Below are positions 37,026 to 47,022 of a stretch of DNA of 64,000 bases, one piece after another (position 1 is the first letter of the stretch; each line of letters starts with the position of its first letter). The stretch is from Cenarchaeum sp. (lineage in GTDB: Archaea > Thermoproteota > Nitrososphaeria > Nitrososphaerales > Nitrosopumilaceae). The notes under the pieces are model-generated. The model searched no databases and had not been told where the DNA came from. It worked only from the letters and a program-made list of their open reading frames with translations. The position numbers and the translations under genes were made by a program. Location: contig OZ242221.1 in NCBI GenBank assembly GCA_965206845.1, positions 1 to 64,000 of the forward strand, in the 5' to 3' direction.

Positions 37026-37295
37026 ATGTCAAAAGAAAAAATCAATAAGCTGATTGATGACATGCTACAACAGAGACATCATTTTGGTATTGATTCTTTT
37101 TGTATGGGAGATGATGATCTAAAAGCCACTTGCTTCAGTTTTTTAGTCTCTAAATGTATTTTAAGACTTTCAATCACCATGAACAACAATAATGTATATG
37201 TATTCTCGAAGCCGGGACGAGAAATAATGGAAGATGATAGTAAGCGCTTGGCCTTTGTAGAAGAATTTTTGAAGTTTTACGGTAATTCAGAATAG
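37026..37295 (+). CDS. small AT-rich hypothetical protein (89 aa)
   Basis: TTTAAATA about 25 nt upstream of the ATG; first gene of a co-oriented low-GC unit. Confidence 0.55.
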   Translation: MSKEKINKLIDDMLQQRHHFGIDSFCMGDDDLKATCFSFLVSKCILRLSITMNNNNVYVFSKPGREIMEDDSKRLAFVEEFLKFYGNSE

Positions 37296-37306
37296 TGTGA
37301 CGTTCA

Positions 37307-38056
37307 TTGCGTTTTAATAATGACTTAAACACCGAATTAGACAAGCTTATGGACTATTATCGTTATTTGGAATCATCATTTGTTGATATTACAAGATTAG
37401 TTCCGCTTGAAAACAAACCAAATACATTCTCACCACGACTGTATGAAATTTTACAAGGCACATGTAGTCAAGTTGAATCTGTTTTAAAAATTATGTGTAG
37501 AGAATTGAATATAGCACCAGAGAGAAAAAGTAAATCCAAACCACATGAAACAACTTCGTCCGACTTAGATGACTGCTTGCGTGTGGAAGAAAGAGAATAC
37601 AATTTCAAGCCATACGAGGCGCTAAATCATGATGGAGCGATCAGTTGTCAAGAAGTAGTTTCCTTAATACGGACAGGCTGGCACCCGATGAAGCCTTTTG
37701 TGTGTGGTTTTAACTGTGGTTCCAACAATAAATCTGAACACAAACATCATAATGTCGATAATTCAAAAATGCCACAATGGTGGAGGGCATATAATAAATC
37801 AAAACATAATTTACCAAAAGAATACAAAGTCGGAAGCATTGAAAACGCATACCTGGCACTGGCAGGTCTGTATGTTTTACATTTCATGGCACATATGCTA
37901 GTGGTAAAAAGAAAAGACTTCCTCAAGCAAGACTTCTGGCATCAGCATGAGCCCCTTAAATTTGATAGTCACAACCGACACTATCAAAAGGAATGGGTAG
38001 AACCAAAATCAGACATTTTTTATCCCATTGGACATTTTTCACCTCCGCGAGCATAG
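37307..38056 (+). CDS. hypothetical protein, HEPN-like (WWxxYNxxKH)
   Basis: FSPRLYEILQGTCSQVESVLK helix and PQWWRAYNKSKHN...NAYLALAGL; the HEPN assignment is inference from motif spacing. Confidence 0.6.
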   Translation: MRFNNDLNTELDKLMDYYRYLESSFVDITRLVPLENKPNTFSPRLYEILQGTCSQVESVLKIMCRELNIAPERKSKSKPHETTSSDLDDCLRVEEREYNFKPYEALNHDGAISCQEVVSLIRTGWHPMKPFVCGFNCGSNNKSEHKHHNVDNSKMPQWWRAYNKSKHNLPKEYKVGSIENAYLALAGLYVLHFMAHMLVVKRKDFLKQDFWHQHEPLKFDSHNRHYQKEWVEPKSDIFYPIGHFSPPRA

Positions 38057-38106
38057 TCTTGTTGCTATAGTTCAGGTTTATTAGCAGTGGACTCACGTAC
38101 CCACAC

Positions 38107-39237
38107 ATGGAATTTGACTGGAATACTCTCGTTGAGCAGATTAAGGCTAATGACAGAATTAGCAAAAAATTCAAGGAACAATTCATCAAATCTGTTACGG
38201 TGTTGAGAAGGGAATTGGGCGAAGATTGGCTGAAGGATACGAGCCATCCACTGCTGTGGCGTATGCAGAACATGTATGGTAATCCCTCTGATTGGTTTGT
38301 TGTCATGCTTGCCGAAAACATCACCGCATTGAAAGAAGTTGTGAACTTTGAGAGTATTTTGAACAGAGTTAGACTGGCAGGAGAATACAGCGGTGCTGTC
38401 ACAGAGATTGAGGTAGGTGGCACTCTGGCAAGACACGGCTATGATCTGACGATCGAGCCGGAACAAGGAAAGAAGAAACCTGACTTCTTCTGCGAGAAGG
38501 ATGGGTGCGAGTTTCTTGTGGAAGTCAAGACACTGATGGTGTCCGAAGAGATACAGAATGCAAACAGAATCTCACAGCGGATAATTGCAGCATGCAACCC
38601 AATATTTCCCGCGGGAGTTATCCTCAACCCTCTGTTAGAACACCTCCTTGTAGAGATCGAATGTAAGCTGAAAGAGGTCGTCGGACGCGTCACCGTAGAA
38701 ACCGCACAGGAGTTCTACAGGCAGAATGCTCTGAAACTTTATCTTGTGGATCCCAACGATCCCAACAGAATCAAAAAGAATGGTGAGTGGTGTCGCAAGC
38801 AAGAAAGATTGGGAATTTTCCATGCTTGTGCCGGACTGGCGGGCCCTCCGGTAGACTTGACGGATCACTCCCGCGTGAGGTTCAGAATACTCGGTATTAA
38901 AAGAGAGGAGCAAATCCCACAAGACAAGATGGGCATATTGTTCATCTTCGGCAGCTTTATCATTCGCGACACAGATGTGGAAGAGTTCGTTGACGGGATT
39001 ATTAAGGAGGTGCACGAACTCGGTAACATTCCGGCAGTAGTGCTCGTCGGAGCCAAGACTACAACGCTTTCGCAGGAGGCTCCCAAGATAATAAAAAAGG
39101 GAGACTACATTGATATTGATTGCTGCCTTGCTCCACATCTTAAGGAAAAGGTCCTAATCGTAAAGAACAGGTTCTGTCGGTTTCCCTTTGACTATGATAT
39201 GCTGACTAACATGTATACTGAAACCATCCGTAATTAA
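38107..39237 (+). CDS. PD-(D/E)xK restriction-endonuclease-fold protein
   Basis: EIEVGGTL...KKPDFFCEKDGCEFLVEVK: catalytic E...PD...EVK pattern. Confidence 0.75.
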   Translation: MEFDWNTLVEQIKANDRISKKFKEQFIKSVTVLRRELGEDWLKDTSHPLLWRMQNMYGNPSDWFVVMLAENITALKEVVNFESILNRVRLAGEYSGAVTEIEVGGTLARHGYDLTIEPEQGKKKPDFFCEKDGCEFLVEVKTLMVSEEIQNANRISQRIIAACNPIFPAGVILNPLLEHLLVEIECKLKEVVGRVTVETAQEFYRQNALKLYLVDPNDPNRIKKNGEWCRKQERLGIFHACAGLAGPPVDLTDHSRVRFRILGIKREEQIPQDKMGILFIFGSFIIRDTDVEEFVDGIIKEVHELGNIPAVVLVGAKTTTLSQEAPKIIKKGDYIDIDCCLAPHLKEKVLIVKNRFCRFPFDYDMLTNMYTETIRN

Positions 39238-39560
39238 AAATCAACCGTTATCTGCTAGGGTTGTTTATGAGTAAGTGTTCATGTCCCATCTTGATCTGTG
39301 CTTATTGGCGTGGCAGAAGAGCAGTCTAGGGTGATTGGAGGATAGATCCGAACACTTACGTGCATGACTACCTTCTGGAAATTCTGCTTTTCAACACAAG
39401 CTACAGGGGTTAAAAACAATCAGCCGTCTGTGAGCGCAAGCGCCAGAATGCTTGACAAACACCGAATTTGAATGAAACAGTACCGCAGACAGAGTTCTTC
39501 AAATCAATTACTGGACAGGTACCTGTACGGAGATATCTCGTGGTCGTTACAGTCGTTGAA

Positions 39561-39842
39561 TTACGATCGATGTGTATTCCATCTGATCTCCATTCTGTAT
39601 ATGTGTCCTAGACACGGCGCGCAGATGAGTTTACCGGTTTCATGCACCCAAAGTGACCGGCAGAACGATTTATCACACACATGGCAAAAGAGCAGCGACC
39701 TGTCGTTTGCAAGCCCCCGTTCTATCCCCATCACACAGCGCGTGCAGTAGCCGGTAACCTTGTCGTTACATACCTCGTCGCCGAACACCACCAAAGGGTA
39801 CGTCTGTCCACAATACTCGCACCATCCAGTCTTTACACTCAT
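39561..39842 (-). CDS. small multi-CxxC zinc-finger protein (93 aa)
   Basis: CEYC, CTRC, CHVC, CAPC plus additional Cys/His; start placed at ATG 39842. Confidence 0.6.
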   Translation of the reverse strand: MSVKTGWCEYCGQTYPLVVFGDEVCNDKVTGYCTRCVMGIERGLANDRSLLFCHVCDKSFCRSLWVHETGKLICAPCLGHIYRMEIRWNTHRS

Positions 39843-40334
39843 CGTACCTTGAGTTCGCATGCGGACAGTTAAGGATTGCCACCGACTCGTGGGTTGGCGT
39901 ATCATTCTTCCTGATGTTGGTGCTGTATATCGCCAGAAATGATTTCATGAATAGCAAGCCTGATTTAACGGCTGTGTCCTATCCATGCGTCGAGTTTATA
40001 GGCGTTTGACGCGATTTTCAGCGCGGGGAGACAGCCTCGACTGGAGAAATGGTTTGCAGCGCTGTGCTGGCGTAGGATGAATCTTCGGATACATATACAT
40101 CACGGCGCTGTCCTGTATCGTCTTGTGCAGTATATCGTTAGCGCACACCCATTCCAGTGCGCGTCGCGCAGCATCTTGACCGTGGCGTCCCTTCAGCTGG
40201 CCTGTGGAGACATAACCGCTTGGCGGCAGTGCTTGCAGGGCTGCGGCAATCTCATGGTCTGTTCTGTCTAGATCTTTGTTGCTTATGGGACACAGCACCT
40301 CGTAATACGCGTTCACGACATTCTTTGCACTTTT

Positions 40335-40576
40335 CAGTTTCCAAGTTGGAAAAAAACACCATTTAAGGGAAATTCTGATCGCTTGTGATACAATTATCAT
40401 ACGGGTTCAGGGCCCTGCGGGCCGTTGTATGTGGCCAGATCCGTGCCTGGAACCCGAGATGCATGCCAAGCGCCATGTGTGTCGGGTCGGGTAGAGATGT
40501 CCGGCATCTGCGATGCTACCATGACGCGGACATTCCGGCGTGAATGCGGCGTTTTGTACACTGTTTAACGGGTCTG
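40335..40576 (+). repeat. repeat A, diverged copy 3 (without hairpin C)
   Basis: Colinear with 12695-12936 from CAGTTTCCAAGTTGG to TTAACGGGTCTG. Confidence 0.85.
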
Positions 40577-40661
40577 TCAGAATCCACCCAGCATATTCGG
40601 CTTATTTTGGACCCTTCCTCCAGTCCTAACTTAACGATCCTTTAATTGATATCGTCCGTCA

Positions 40662-42347
40662 ATGCCCATAATGCAAAAAATAACGATACTGGGTCTTGCC
40701 GCGGCCATATCCATGATGTCCTGCATCGTGTCAGTTGCTGAGGCAGAGCCGATCCCCTCACCATACCAACAGGTGCGGGACGGAACGCCGGTGGGCGAGG
40801 TGGTGTGCGCCGGAGACCGCATGCTGATGCTGTCGCCGTCAGGTATGCCGGCGTGCGTCTTTGCAGGATCGGTGGAGGTGCTGGAACGGCGCGGATTCGT
40901 ACTGCTATCCGAGGTGCCCCGTGACGATCTTTCGACAAAACAGCCAGGAGCATCGGAAAAAGCAGGAGGAACCGGCAGTCCGGACGCGTCCAAAACGGGC
41001 GACAGGCCGTTCGTCACCACTTGGTGGACCGCCTCGCCGAACGAGTCGATAACCATCCCGGTGGGGAGCTCTACGGGAGCGTACACTGTAGACTGGGGCG
41101 ATGGAACCGTAACAAGCGTCACCGGGGACGCATCGCATGCTTACGCTAGTCCCGGAGAGTACCGGGTCGTCATATCCGGCGACTTTACAAGAATCTATCT
41201 CAACGGCGGCCCCAATGCGGAAAAGCTGCAATCTATAGATCAGTGGGGCGACATCCAATGGGAATCGATGAACCTGGCATTTGGGGGAGCGACAAACATG
41301 GTGTACCGTGCGACTGACGTCCCCGATCTCTCAGGCGTGACTGACATGGATTGGATGTTCAGCGGTGCCGCCTCCTTCAACGGCGACATCTCTGAATGGG
41401 ACGTCTCATGGGTGACTGACATGTCCAGAATGTTCGCCAATGCCGCCTCCTTCAACGGCGACATCTCTGAATGGGACGTCTCGGGGGTGACTGACATGTC
41501 TGACATGTTCGCCGGCGCCTCCTCCTTCAACGGCGACATCTCTGAATGGGACGTCTCGGGTGTGACTGGCATGTCTCAAATGTTCGCCGGTGCCGACTCC
41601 TTCAACGGCGACATCTCCCCGTGGGACGTCTCGGGCGTGACTGACATGTCCGGAATGTTCGCCGGTGCCGCCTCCTTCAACGGCGACATCTCTGAATGGG
41701 ACGTCTCAGGCGTGACTGACATGTCCGGAATGTTCGCCTTCACCGCCTCCTTCAACGGCGACATCTCCCCGTGGGACGTCTCAGGCGTGACTGGCATGTC
41801 CCGAATGTTCGCCAATGCCGCCTCCTTCAACGGCGACATCTCTGAATGGGACGTCTCAGGCGTGACTGGCATGTCCCGAATGTTCGCCAATGCCGCCTCC
41901 TTCAACGGCGACATCTCTGAATGGGACGTCTCAGGCGTGACTGACATGTCCGGAATGTTCGCCGGTGCCGCCTCCTTCAACGGCGACATCTCTGAATGGG
42001 ACGTCTCAGGCGTGACTGACATGTTCGCCATGTTCTTCGGTGCCGACTCCTTTACCCAGAATCTGGGCAGCTGGTACACCACGCTTGATGACACATCTAT
42101 TGACGACGGCGACGCTACTAGAACAGTCGGGAATATTTCGGCACAAAACTCCTTCCTTGGCGGCCAGTCTCTTAGATACAGCATAGTCCCAGGCGGAGAT
42201 GGTGACGCCTTTGAAATTGACGGAACTGTCCTGAAGCTAAAATCAACTCCAAATTATGCCAGCAAGAGCTCTTACACCGTAACCATATCGTCGACTGGTG
42301 CGTTTGGCACATCCAACTCAGAGACGTTTAAGATCCGGGTAGTGTAG
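40662..42347 (+). CDS. secreted DUF285/BspA-type repeat surface protein with C-terminal cadherin-like domain
   Basis: Signal peptide, SPYQQ...C...PACV small domain, FVTTW, PKD-like VDWGDG, 10 repeats, FEIDGTVLKLK...NYASKSSYTVTI. Confidence 0.9.
   Translation: MPIMQKITILGLAAAISMMSCIVSVAEAEPIPSPYQQVRDGTPVGEVVCAGDRMLMLSPSGMPACVFAGSVEVLERRGFVLLSEVPRDDLSTKQPGASEKAGGTGSPDASKTGDRPFVTTWWTASPNESITIPVGSSTGAYTVDWGDGTVTSVTGDASHAYASPGEYRVVISGDFTRIYLNGGPNAEKLQSIDQWGDIQWESMNLAFGGATNMVYRATDVPDLSGVTDMDWMFSGAASFNGDISEWDVSWVTDMSRMFANAASFNGDISEWDVSGVTDMSDMFAGASSFNGDISEWDVSGVTGMSQMFAGADSFNGDISPWDVSGVTDMSGMFAGAASFNGDISEWDVSGVTDMSGMFAFTASFNGDISPWDVSGVTGMSRMFANAASFNGDISEWDVSGVTGMSRMFANAASFNGDISEWDVSGVTDMSGMFAGAASFNGDISEWDVSGVTDMFAMFFGADSFTQNLGSWYTTLDDTSIDDGDATRTVGNISAQNSFLGGQSLRYSIVPGGDGDAFEIDGTVLKLKSTPNYASKSSYTVTISSTGAFGTSNSETFKIRVV
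41325..42074 (+). repeat. 10 tandem 75-bp DUF285 repeats
   Basis: Exactly 750 nt; consensus DVSGVTxMxxMFxxAxSFNGDISxW. Confidence 0.93.
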
Positions 42348-42542
42348 ACATTTAGATCTGATGCAGGAGGCTGCCGGACGGTAAGCACTGGCGGCCCTGT
42401 CCAAGGACGGCACAAGCCCCATTTCTGTAGCCCAAAGCGCAGTATGCTTCTCCCAAGACAGGGACGATGCAAGCACGTTCCACGTTGAGCCGATCCGAGT
42501 CAGCCTTACAAACCTGTCAGGTTGCCAGCGCATGGCCTGAAT

Positions 42543-42620
42543 TACACTGTTCAATCTGCGAGACTTTTGGGTTTTTTCAGGAATGAAAACTGCGGAAACT
42601 CCCGAAGATTGAACAGCGTA
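42543..42620. mobile_element. 78-bp mini-MITE D, copy 2 (inverted relative to copy 1)
   Basis: TACACTGTTCAATC...GATTGAACAGCGTA. Confidence 0.8.
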
Positions 42621-42630
42621 CTCCTGCAGA

Positions 42631-42911
42631 GTCTGTTAAATCTTGGTGGCCTGCCACGGGGATCAGCGTTAAGAGTAGGTGACCTGACAGAATCGGCGGC
42701 CTAGTGGGACAAAAAGAGAGAGGGATCAGATGGCGGCTTCGGCCTTGGCCGCTGCCTAGATCATGGTCTTCCACTTGTTGTTCCCCTCGATTCTGATGCC
42801 GGCCGCCTCGCTTGGGGTCTGGCCGCCCGACAGTCCAAAGACTTGATTCGTAATTAGCACTCAGGCACAAAATAGCTAGATTTTTGGCATAATCGCGTAG
42901 AATTTGCTTAT
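42631..42911. repeat. dispersed repeat B, copy 2
   Basis: The - strand reads FGLSGGQTPSEAAGIRIEGNNKWKTMI*AAAKAEAAI*, resembling the C-terminus of archaeal IS6-like DDE transposases. Confidence 0.8.
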
Positions 42912-43102
42912 TTTTATATGGGATTGCCCATCGTGCCGAATCAGGCGCAAGGGACTGTCAGAATGCACAGCTTCGTGACTAGGTGAAGGGGATCTGGCCC
43001 CACATCTGTGTCCGGGACGATGCCCATCAAAGAACGGTGCCTGCCAAAGGATGGCTTGCGTTTCACATTATATCTATATTGGACGAGCATCAGGGCGCAG
43101 GT

Positions 43103-44194
43103 ATGATAGAGATCCACGAGATCCAGAAGATTGTCGAGGAGTATGAGAACCCGAGGATCGGGGTTCTAGGCAGCCATTCGGCGCTTGAGGTCATGGACGG
43201 GGCAAAGGATGAGGGGTTTGCAACCGTAGTCATGTGCCAGAGAGGCAGGGAGGTACCATACAGGCGGTTTGGAAGGATCGCCGACGAGATCATGCTTTTT
43301 GACAGGTTCGGAGACATGGCATCATCTGGGAACCAGACGATTTTAAGGGACACGGAGACACTGATCGTTCCCCACCGCTCCCTTACGGCCTATTTGGGAT
43401 ACAAAACCATCGAGGAGGATCTCAGGGTGCCAATATTTGGCAACCGTTCGCTCTTTCAGGCAGAGGAGAGGGATCATCCGCGCAACCAGTACTATTTGTT
43501 GGAGAAGGCTGGGATAAGGCTCCCCAGGCTCTTCAAGGATCCGCAAGACATCAATGCACCATCCATAATCAAGGTGCAAGAGAAGGAGAGACGGCTGGAA
43601 CGCGCGTTCTTTACCGTGTCGTCGTACCAGGACTATCAGAAAAAGTCCGAAGAGAGGATCCGTCAGGGGATAATTGGCAGGGAGGATTTGGAGAAGGCAA
43701 GCATCGAGGAGATGGCGATAGGCACGTACATGAACTTCAACTACTTTCACACTCCAATCTCCGAGCATGTGGATTTTCTGGGAATAGAGAGGAGACTGCA
43801 GACCAACCTTCACGACTTTAACGCAATCCCCGCTAGGGAGCAGCTGGAGATGGATGTTGACCTGCAGAATATCGAGGTGGGCCACACCCCGGCATCCATC
43901 AGGGAATCACTCCTGGAGAAGGTCATCAAGATGGGCGACTCGTTCGTTGCGGCGGTCAGGAGGGAGTACCCGCCGGGAATAATCGGGCCCTTCTCACTGC
44001 AGAGCGTAATCACAAAGGATCTGGAGATGGTAGTATATGACGTCTCACTGCGGGTTCCAGGAAACCCGATTCTGGCAACCACGAGCCCATACACAAAATA
44101 CCAGTACGGCTCCACCTTTGGTGTGGGAAGAAGGATAGCCATGGAGCTCAAGCGCGCCCTGCAGCAGGACAGGCTCTCAGATGTCGTAACCTAG
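43103..44194 (+). CDS. PurP-like protein (second paralogue; DUF1246/DUF1297)
   Basis: IGVLGSHSALEVMDGAKDEGF, VPIFGNR, RESLLEKV, PPGIIGPFSLQ, GRRIAME; start at ATG 43103. Confidence 0.9.
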   Translation: MIEIHEIQKIVEEYENPRIGVLGSHSALEVMDGAKDEGFATVVMCQRGREVPYRRFGRIADEIMLFDRFGDMASSGNQTILRDTETLIVPHRSLTAYLGYKTIEEDLRVPIFGNRSLFQAEERDHPRNQYYLLEKAGIRLPRLFKDPQDINAPSIIKVQEKERRLERAFFTVSSYQDYQKKSEERIRQGIIGREDLEKASIEEMAIGTYMNFNYFHTPISEHVDFLGIERRLQTNLHDFNAIPAREQLEMDVDLQNIEVGHTPASIRESLLEKVIKMGDSFVAAVRREYPPGIIGPFSLQSVITKDLEMVVYDVSLRVPGNPILATTSPYTKYQYGSTFGVGRRIAMELKRALQQDRLSDVVT

Positions 44195-44613
44195 GCCTCT
44201 GCTTCTTTTAGCAGCCTCTTTCGGATCAGGATGGGAATGTTGTAGAATGTTGCCAGCGCCAGGGCATCAGATGCCCTGTAGTTTCGTAAAACCAAGTCCC
44301 TTTTTCCCGCAAGGTATAGGTTTGCCCGCAGCACCTCGCCGCTGTCATACACCTTTACCTTGACCAGCACAAGCTCGTTGTGTTCGCATATCTCCTCTAG
44401 CATCTTGTATATCGTGGGCACCGAGTCGCCGGAGTTCTTTGTAAATCCGATTATGTGCCTGGCTACCTCCCCTGAGAACGCCCGCATGTGAAACTCCCTG
44501 CCATCATCGGACCTCAGTACAAGCATGCCCTCAAGGGCGTAAGGATCCACAAAGCCCACATGTGCGATACGGGCAATCTCATAGTCCGTCTCGGGCACTT
44601 GATCTATCTTCAA
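44191..44613 (-). CDS. bifunctional nuclease family protein (DUF151)
   Basis: PTIYKML, VKVKVY, RASDALALATFYNIPILI. Confidence 0.85.
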   Translation of the reverse strand: MKIDQVPETDYEIARIAHVGFVDPYALEGMLVLRSDDGREFHMRAFSGEVARHIIGFTKNSGDSVPTIYKMLEEICEHNELVLVKVKVYDSGEVLRANLYLAGKRDLVLRNYRASDALALATFYNIPILIRKRLLKEAEA

Positions 44614-44855
44614 GCCGTGCTGTCTTTGCGTTTTGTGCTTATAAATATGACAGAGGGGTGTCGTATGAGATCAGATCCCACTTCATCTAGGAGCAAGCAC
44701 ATGCGCCAGGGCAACGCTTCACGCCTGACCCGGTGGGGTAGGCGACCTCGCACACCTGCTGGTGCCTGATCCTTGGGAGCGCTCTGACTCGATTGCTATG
44801 GCATGCACCGTCTCAGTATAATTATATGTATTATCTGTGCCTATATGAGATCCAC

Positions 44856-46823
44856 ATGTCAGCCACTCCTGAACGTTCCATATCCTATGTTGTTGCCAAG
44901 CCGGTCTCAGCCTATATGGATCTTGATGTGCTGGTTATGCGTGGGAGTATACCCACCAGAGACGCGGCCAGGGTTATGCAGCGCAGTGACAGGAATAACA
45001 TTGTGGTCGTAGACAGACAAAAGAAACCCATAGGCATAGTCACCAGCGCAAACATCTTAGACAAGGTGAGCGATGTCAACGTAAACGCAGAGCATACCGT
45101 GCTAGAGGATATAATGACCTCGCCGCTGGTTACCATAAGCAACCGGGCATCGCTGCAGGCCGCGCTGCACGCAATGCGGGACAACCATGTCAAGAAGCTC
45201 CCCGTGGTAAACAAGAAAGGGTTGGTCGTCGGGATCATCTTCCAGGCAAAGATCTCGCGAGCAATTCGTGACGCCATTATCATTCACCCGAGACTGCTCA
45301 GCCCCCCAGTAAAGGCGGTGCTGGGAAATCTTGGATTTGTGCTACAGTTTGCAGGTGTTCTGATGCTGGTGCCGGCAGTACTTGCAACCGTGCTGGGCGA
45401 CACTGTAACTGCCACAGGAATATACCTGACAACGGTGCTTCTGCTGGTTACGGGGTTCTTTCTCAACTCCTACGGTGAGAAGGCCAGCCTAAACATGCAG
45501 CAGTCGTCGATTTTGGTGTTTGCCAGCCTCTTCATACTGATTCTGTTTGGAACAATACCATACCTGTACTCGATTCCCTACGAGGTGGAGTCGCCCGTGG
45601 ATCTGTTTGCCAACGGCTTCTTCTCCAGCGCCGCTGGGTTTACCACCGGAGGAGTGTCACTCTTTGATCGGCCAGAAGATCTGCCCCAGTCGTTTACGTT
45701 TTATCGCAGCTACACACAGCTGGTGGGAGGAATGAGTTTCATCTATCTGGTGATGACTGCCTTTTACCCCGAAGACAAGCTGATTGCCATGAGGGGCTTT
45801 CTTACCGGGCGAAACCTCCGTATGAGGGAGCTCTTTGGAACCATAACCCTGATCTTTATGCTGTACATTGTCGTCATGGCAGTGCTACTGTACCTGTTTG
45901 GTGAGAGGAACTTTATCGATGACGTCTCCCTGGCTATGAGTACCGTGGCCACGGGCGGGTTTCTGCCCAATTCTACCATACTTGACGATCTTCAATGGTA
46001 CGAACACCTGGTGCTGATGTCTGGCATGATACTGGGGGCGCTTCCCTTTGTGCTTCACTACAGCCTTGTAAAGCCGCAGCTTGCGGTACCCAAGCTGGGA
46101 AGGGAGGTGCTGGCGTACTTTGCCATGCTGGCCGGCGGCGCCATGTTATTTCTGGCGATAAGCGGTTTGGAACCGCTGGAGAGTGTATTCTATGTCATCT
46201 CCGCTGGCAGTACTGCGGGACTGCAGTCAGCCAGCATAAGCGGCTTCAACGAGGCATCGCGCGCCATACTTGTAGTACTGATGTTTGTTGGCGGGTGTGG
46301 GTTTTCAACCGCGGGTGGGATCAAGGTATTCCGGTTTGTGCACATGTATGATGCAATATTTGTTCCGTTTCTCAGACGGCTGAGACAGGGCAAATGGATC
46401 CGACGCGGCGGTGCCAAGGGCACCAAGAAGACGTCCGGGAATATCCTGAAGATGGGCATCAAGGGTGACGGCAGAGCGGATGCCAAGGAGTTAGCCGGGG
46501 CTGTCCTGAAGAAGAGCATCACGGGGCAGATCGGCAAGGCGTTCGATGTCAGGAGGGACGTGGTGTCCACGGTTGTAGTTGTCGGGCTGTTTCCGCTAAT
46601 TGCGCTTGCCGTTGCGGGTCATCTGGCAGGCGTGTCCGACGTTCCTCTCGACATCGCATTCTTTGAGGCTGTGGGACTGATTACCACCGGGGGCCTGTCC
46701 GTAGACGTGATTAGCGTGGAGACCGATCCGGCAACAAAGATCGCCATGAGCTTTGTGATGATATTTGGTAGGCTTGAGATTATAGCGATACTGTACATCT
46801 TTCTGCCTCGGCTGGCAAGGTAA
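44856..46823 (+). CDS. trkH: CBS-pair + TrkH-family potassium uptake protein
   Basis: Two CBS domains, then pore loops FTTGG, ATGGF, STAGL, TTGGL; GFSTAGGIKVFR; MIFGRLEI. Confidence 0.9.
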   Translation: MSATPERSISYVVAKPVSAYMDLDVLVMRGSIPTRDAARVMQRSDRNNIVVVDRQKKPIGIVTSANILDKVSDVNVNAEHTVLEDIMTSPLVTISNRASLQAALHAMRDNHVKKLPVVNKKGLVVGIIFQAKISRAIRDAIIIHPRLLSPPVKAVLGNLGFVLQFAGVLMLVPAVLATVLGDTVTATGIYLTTVLLLVTGFFLNSYGEKASLNMQQSSILVFASLFILILFGTIPYLYSIPYEVESPVDLFANGFFSSAAGFTTGGVSLFDRPEDLPQSFTFYRSYTQLVGGMSFIYLVMTAFYPEDKLIAMRGFLTGRNLRMRELFGTITLIFMLYIVVMAVLLYLFGERNFIDDVSLAMSTVATGGFLPNSTILDDLQWYEHLVLMSGMILGALPFVLHYSLVKPQLAVPKLGREVLAYFAMLAGGAMLFLAISGLEPLESVFYVISAGSTAGLQSASISGFNEASRAILVVLMFVGGCGFSTAGGIKVFRFVHMYDAIFVPFLRRLRQGKWIRRGGAKGTKKTSGNILKMGIKGDGRADAKELAGAVLKKSITGQIGKAFDVRRDVVSTVVVVGLFPLIALAVAGHLAGVSDVPLDIAFFEAVGLITTGGLSVDVISVETDPATKIAMSFVMIFGRLEIIAILYIFLPRLAR

Positions 46824-47022
46824 CGATCCATGGGCGCATCAGATCCGGTGCGACGACGTGCGTATGCCGTGGCCGGCATGCAAGAGCGCGAGATCCCCTG
46901 CAGGTGCCTGTCTAGGACACCGCATGGCAGGGTGTACGGGTGTGGTCAGGTGCTGTTTGCATCGCCGTGGGAGCAGGTTGCAGCATGGCCGCATTGGCAG
47001 TATGATTTAATTTGTAACCGCG

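Noticed and set aside
43103-44194. Two PurP-like genes in one window as a novelty
   Set aside because: Paired PurP paralogues are a known feature of many archaea.
44680-44775. GC-rich intergenic stretch as a tRNA or other RNA gene
   Set aside because: No T-loop consensus or consistent cloverleaf on either strand. The intergenic regions at 960-1090, 54520-54760 and 58320-58680 likewise gave nothing supportable.
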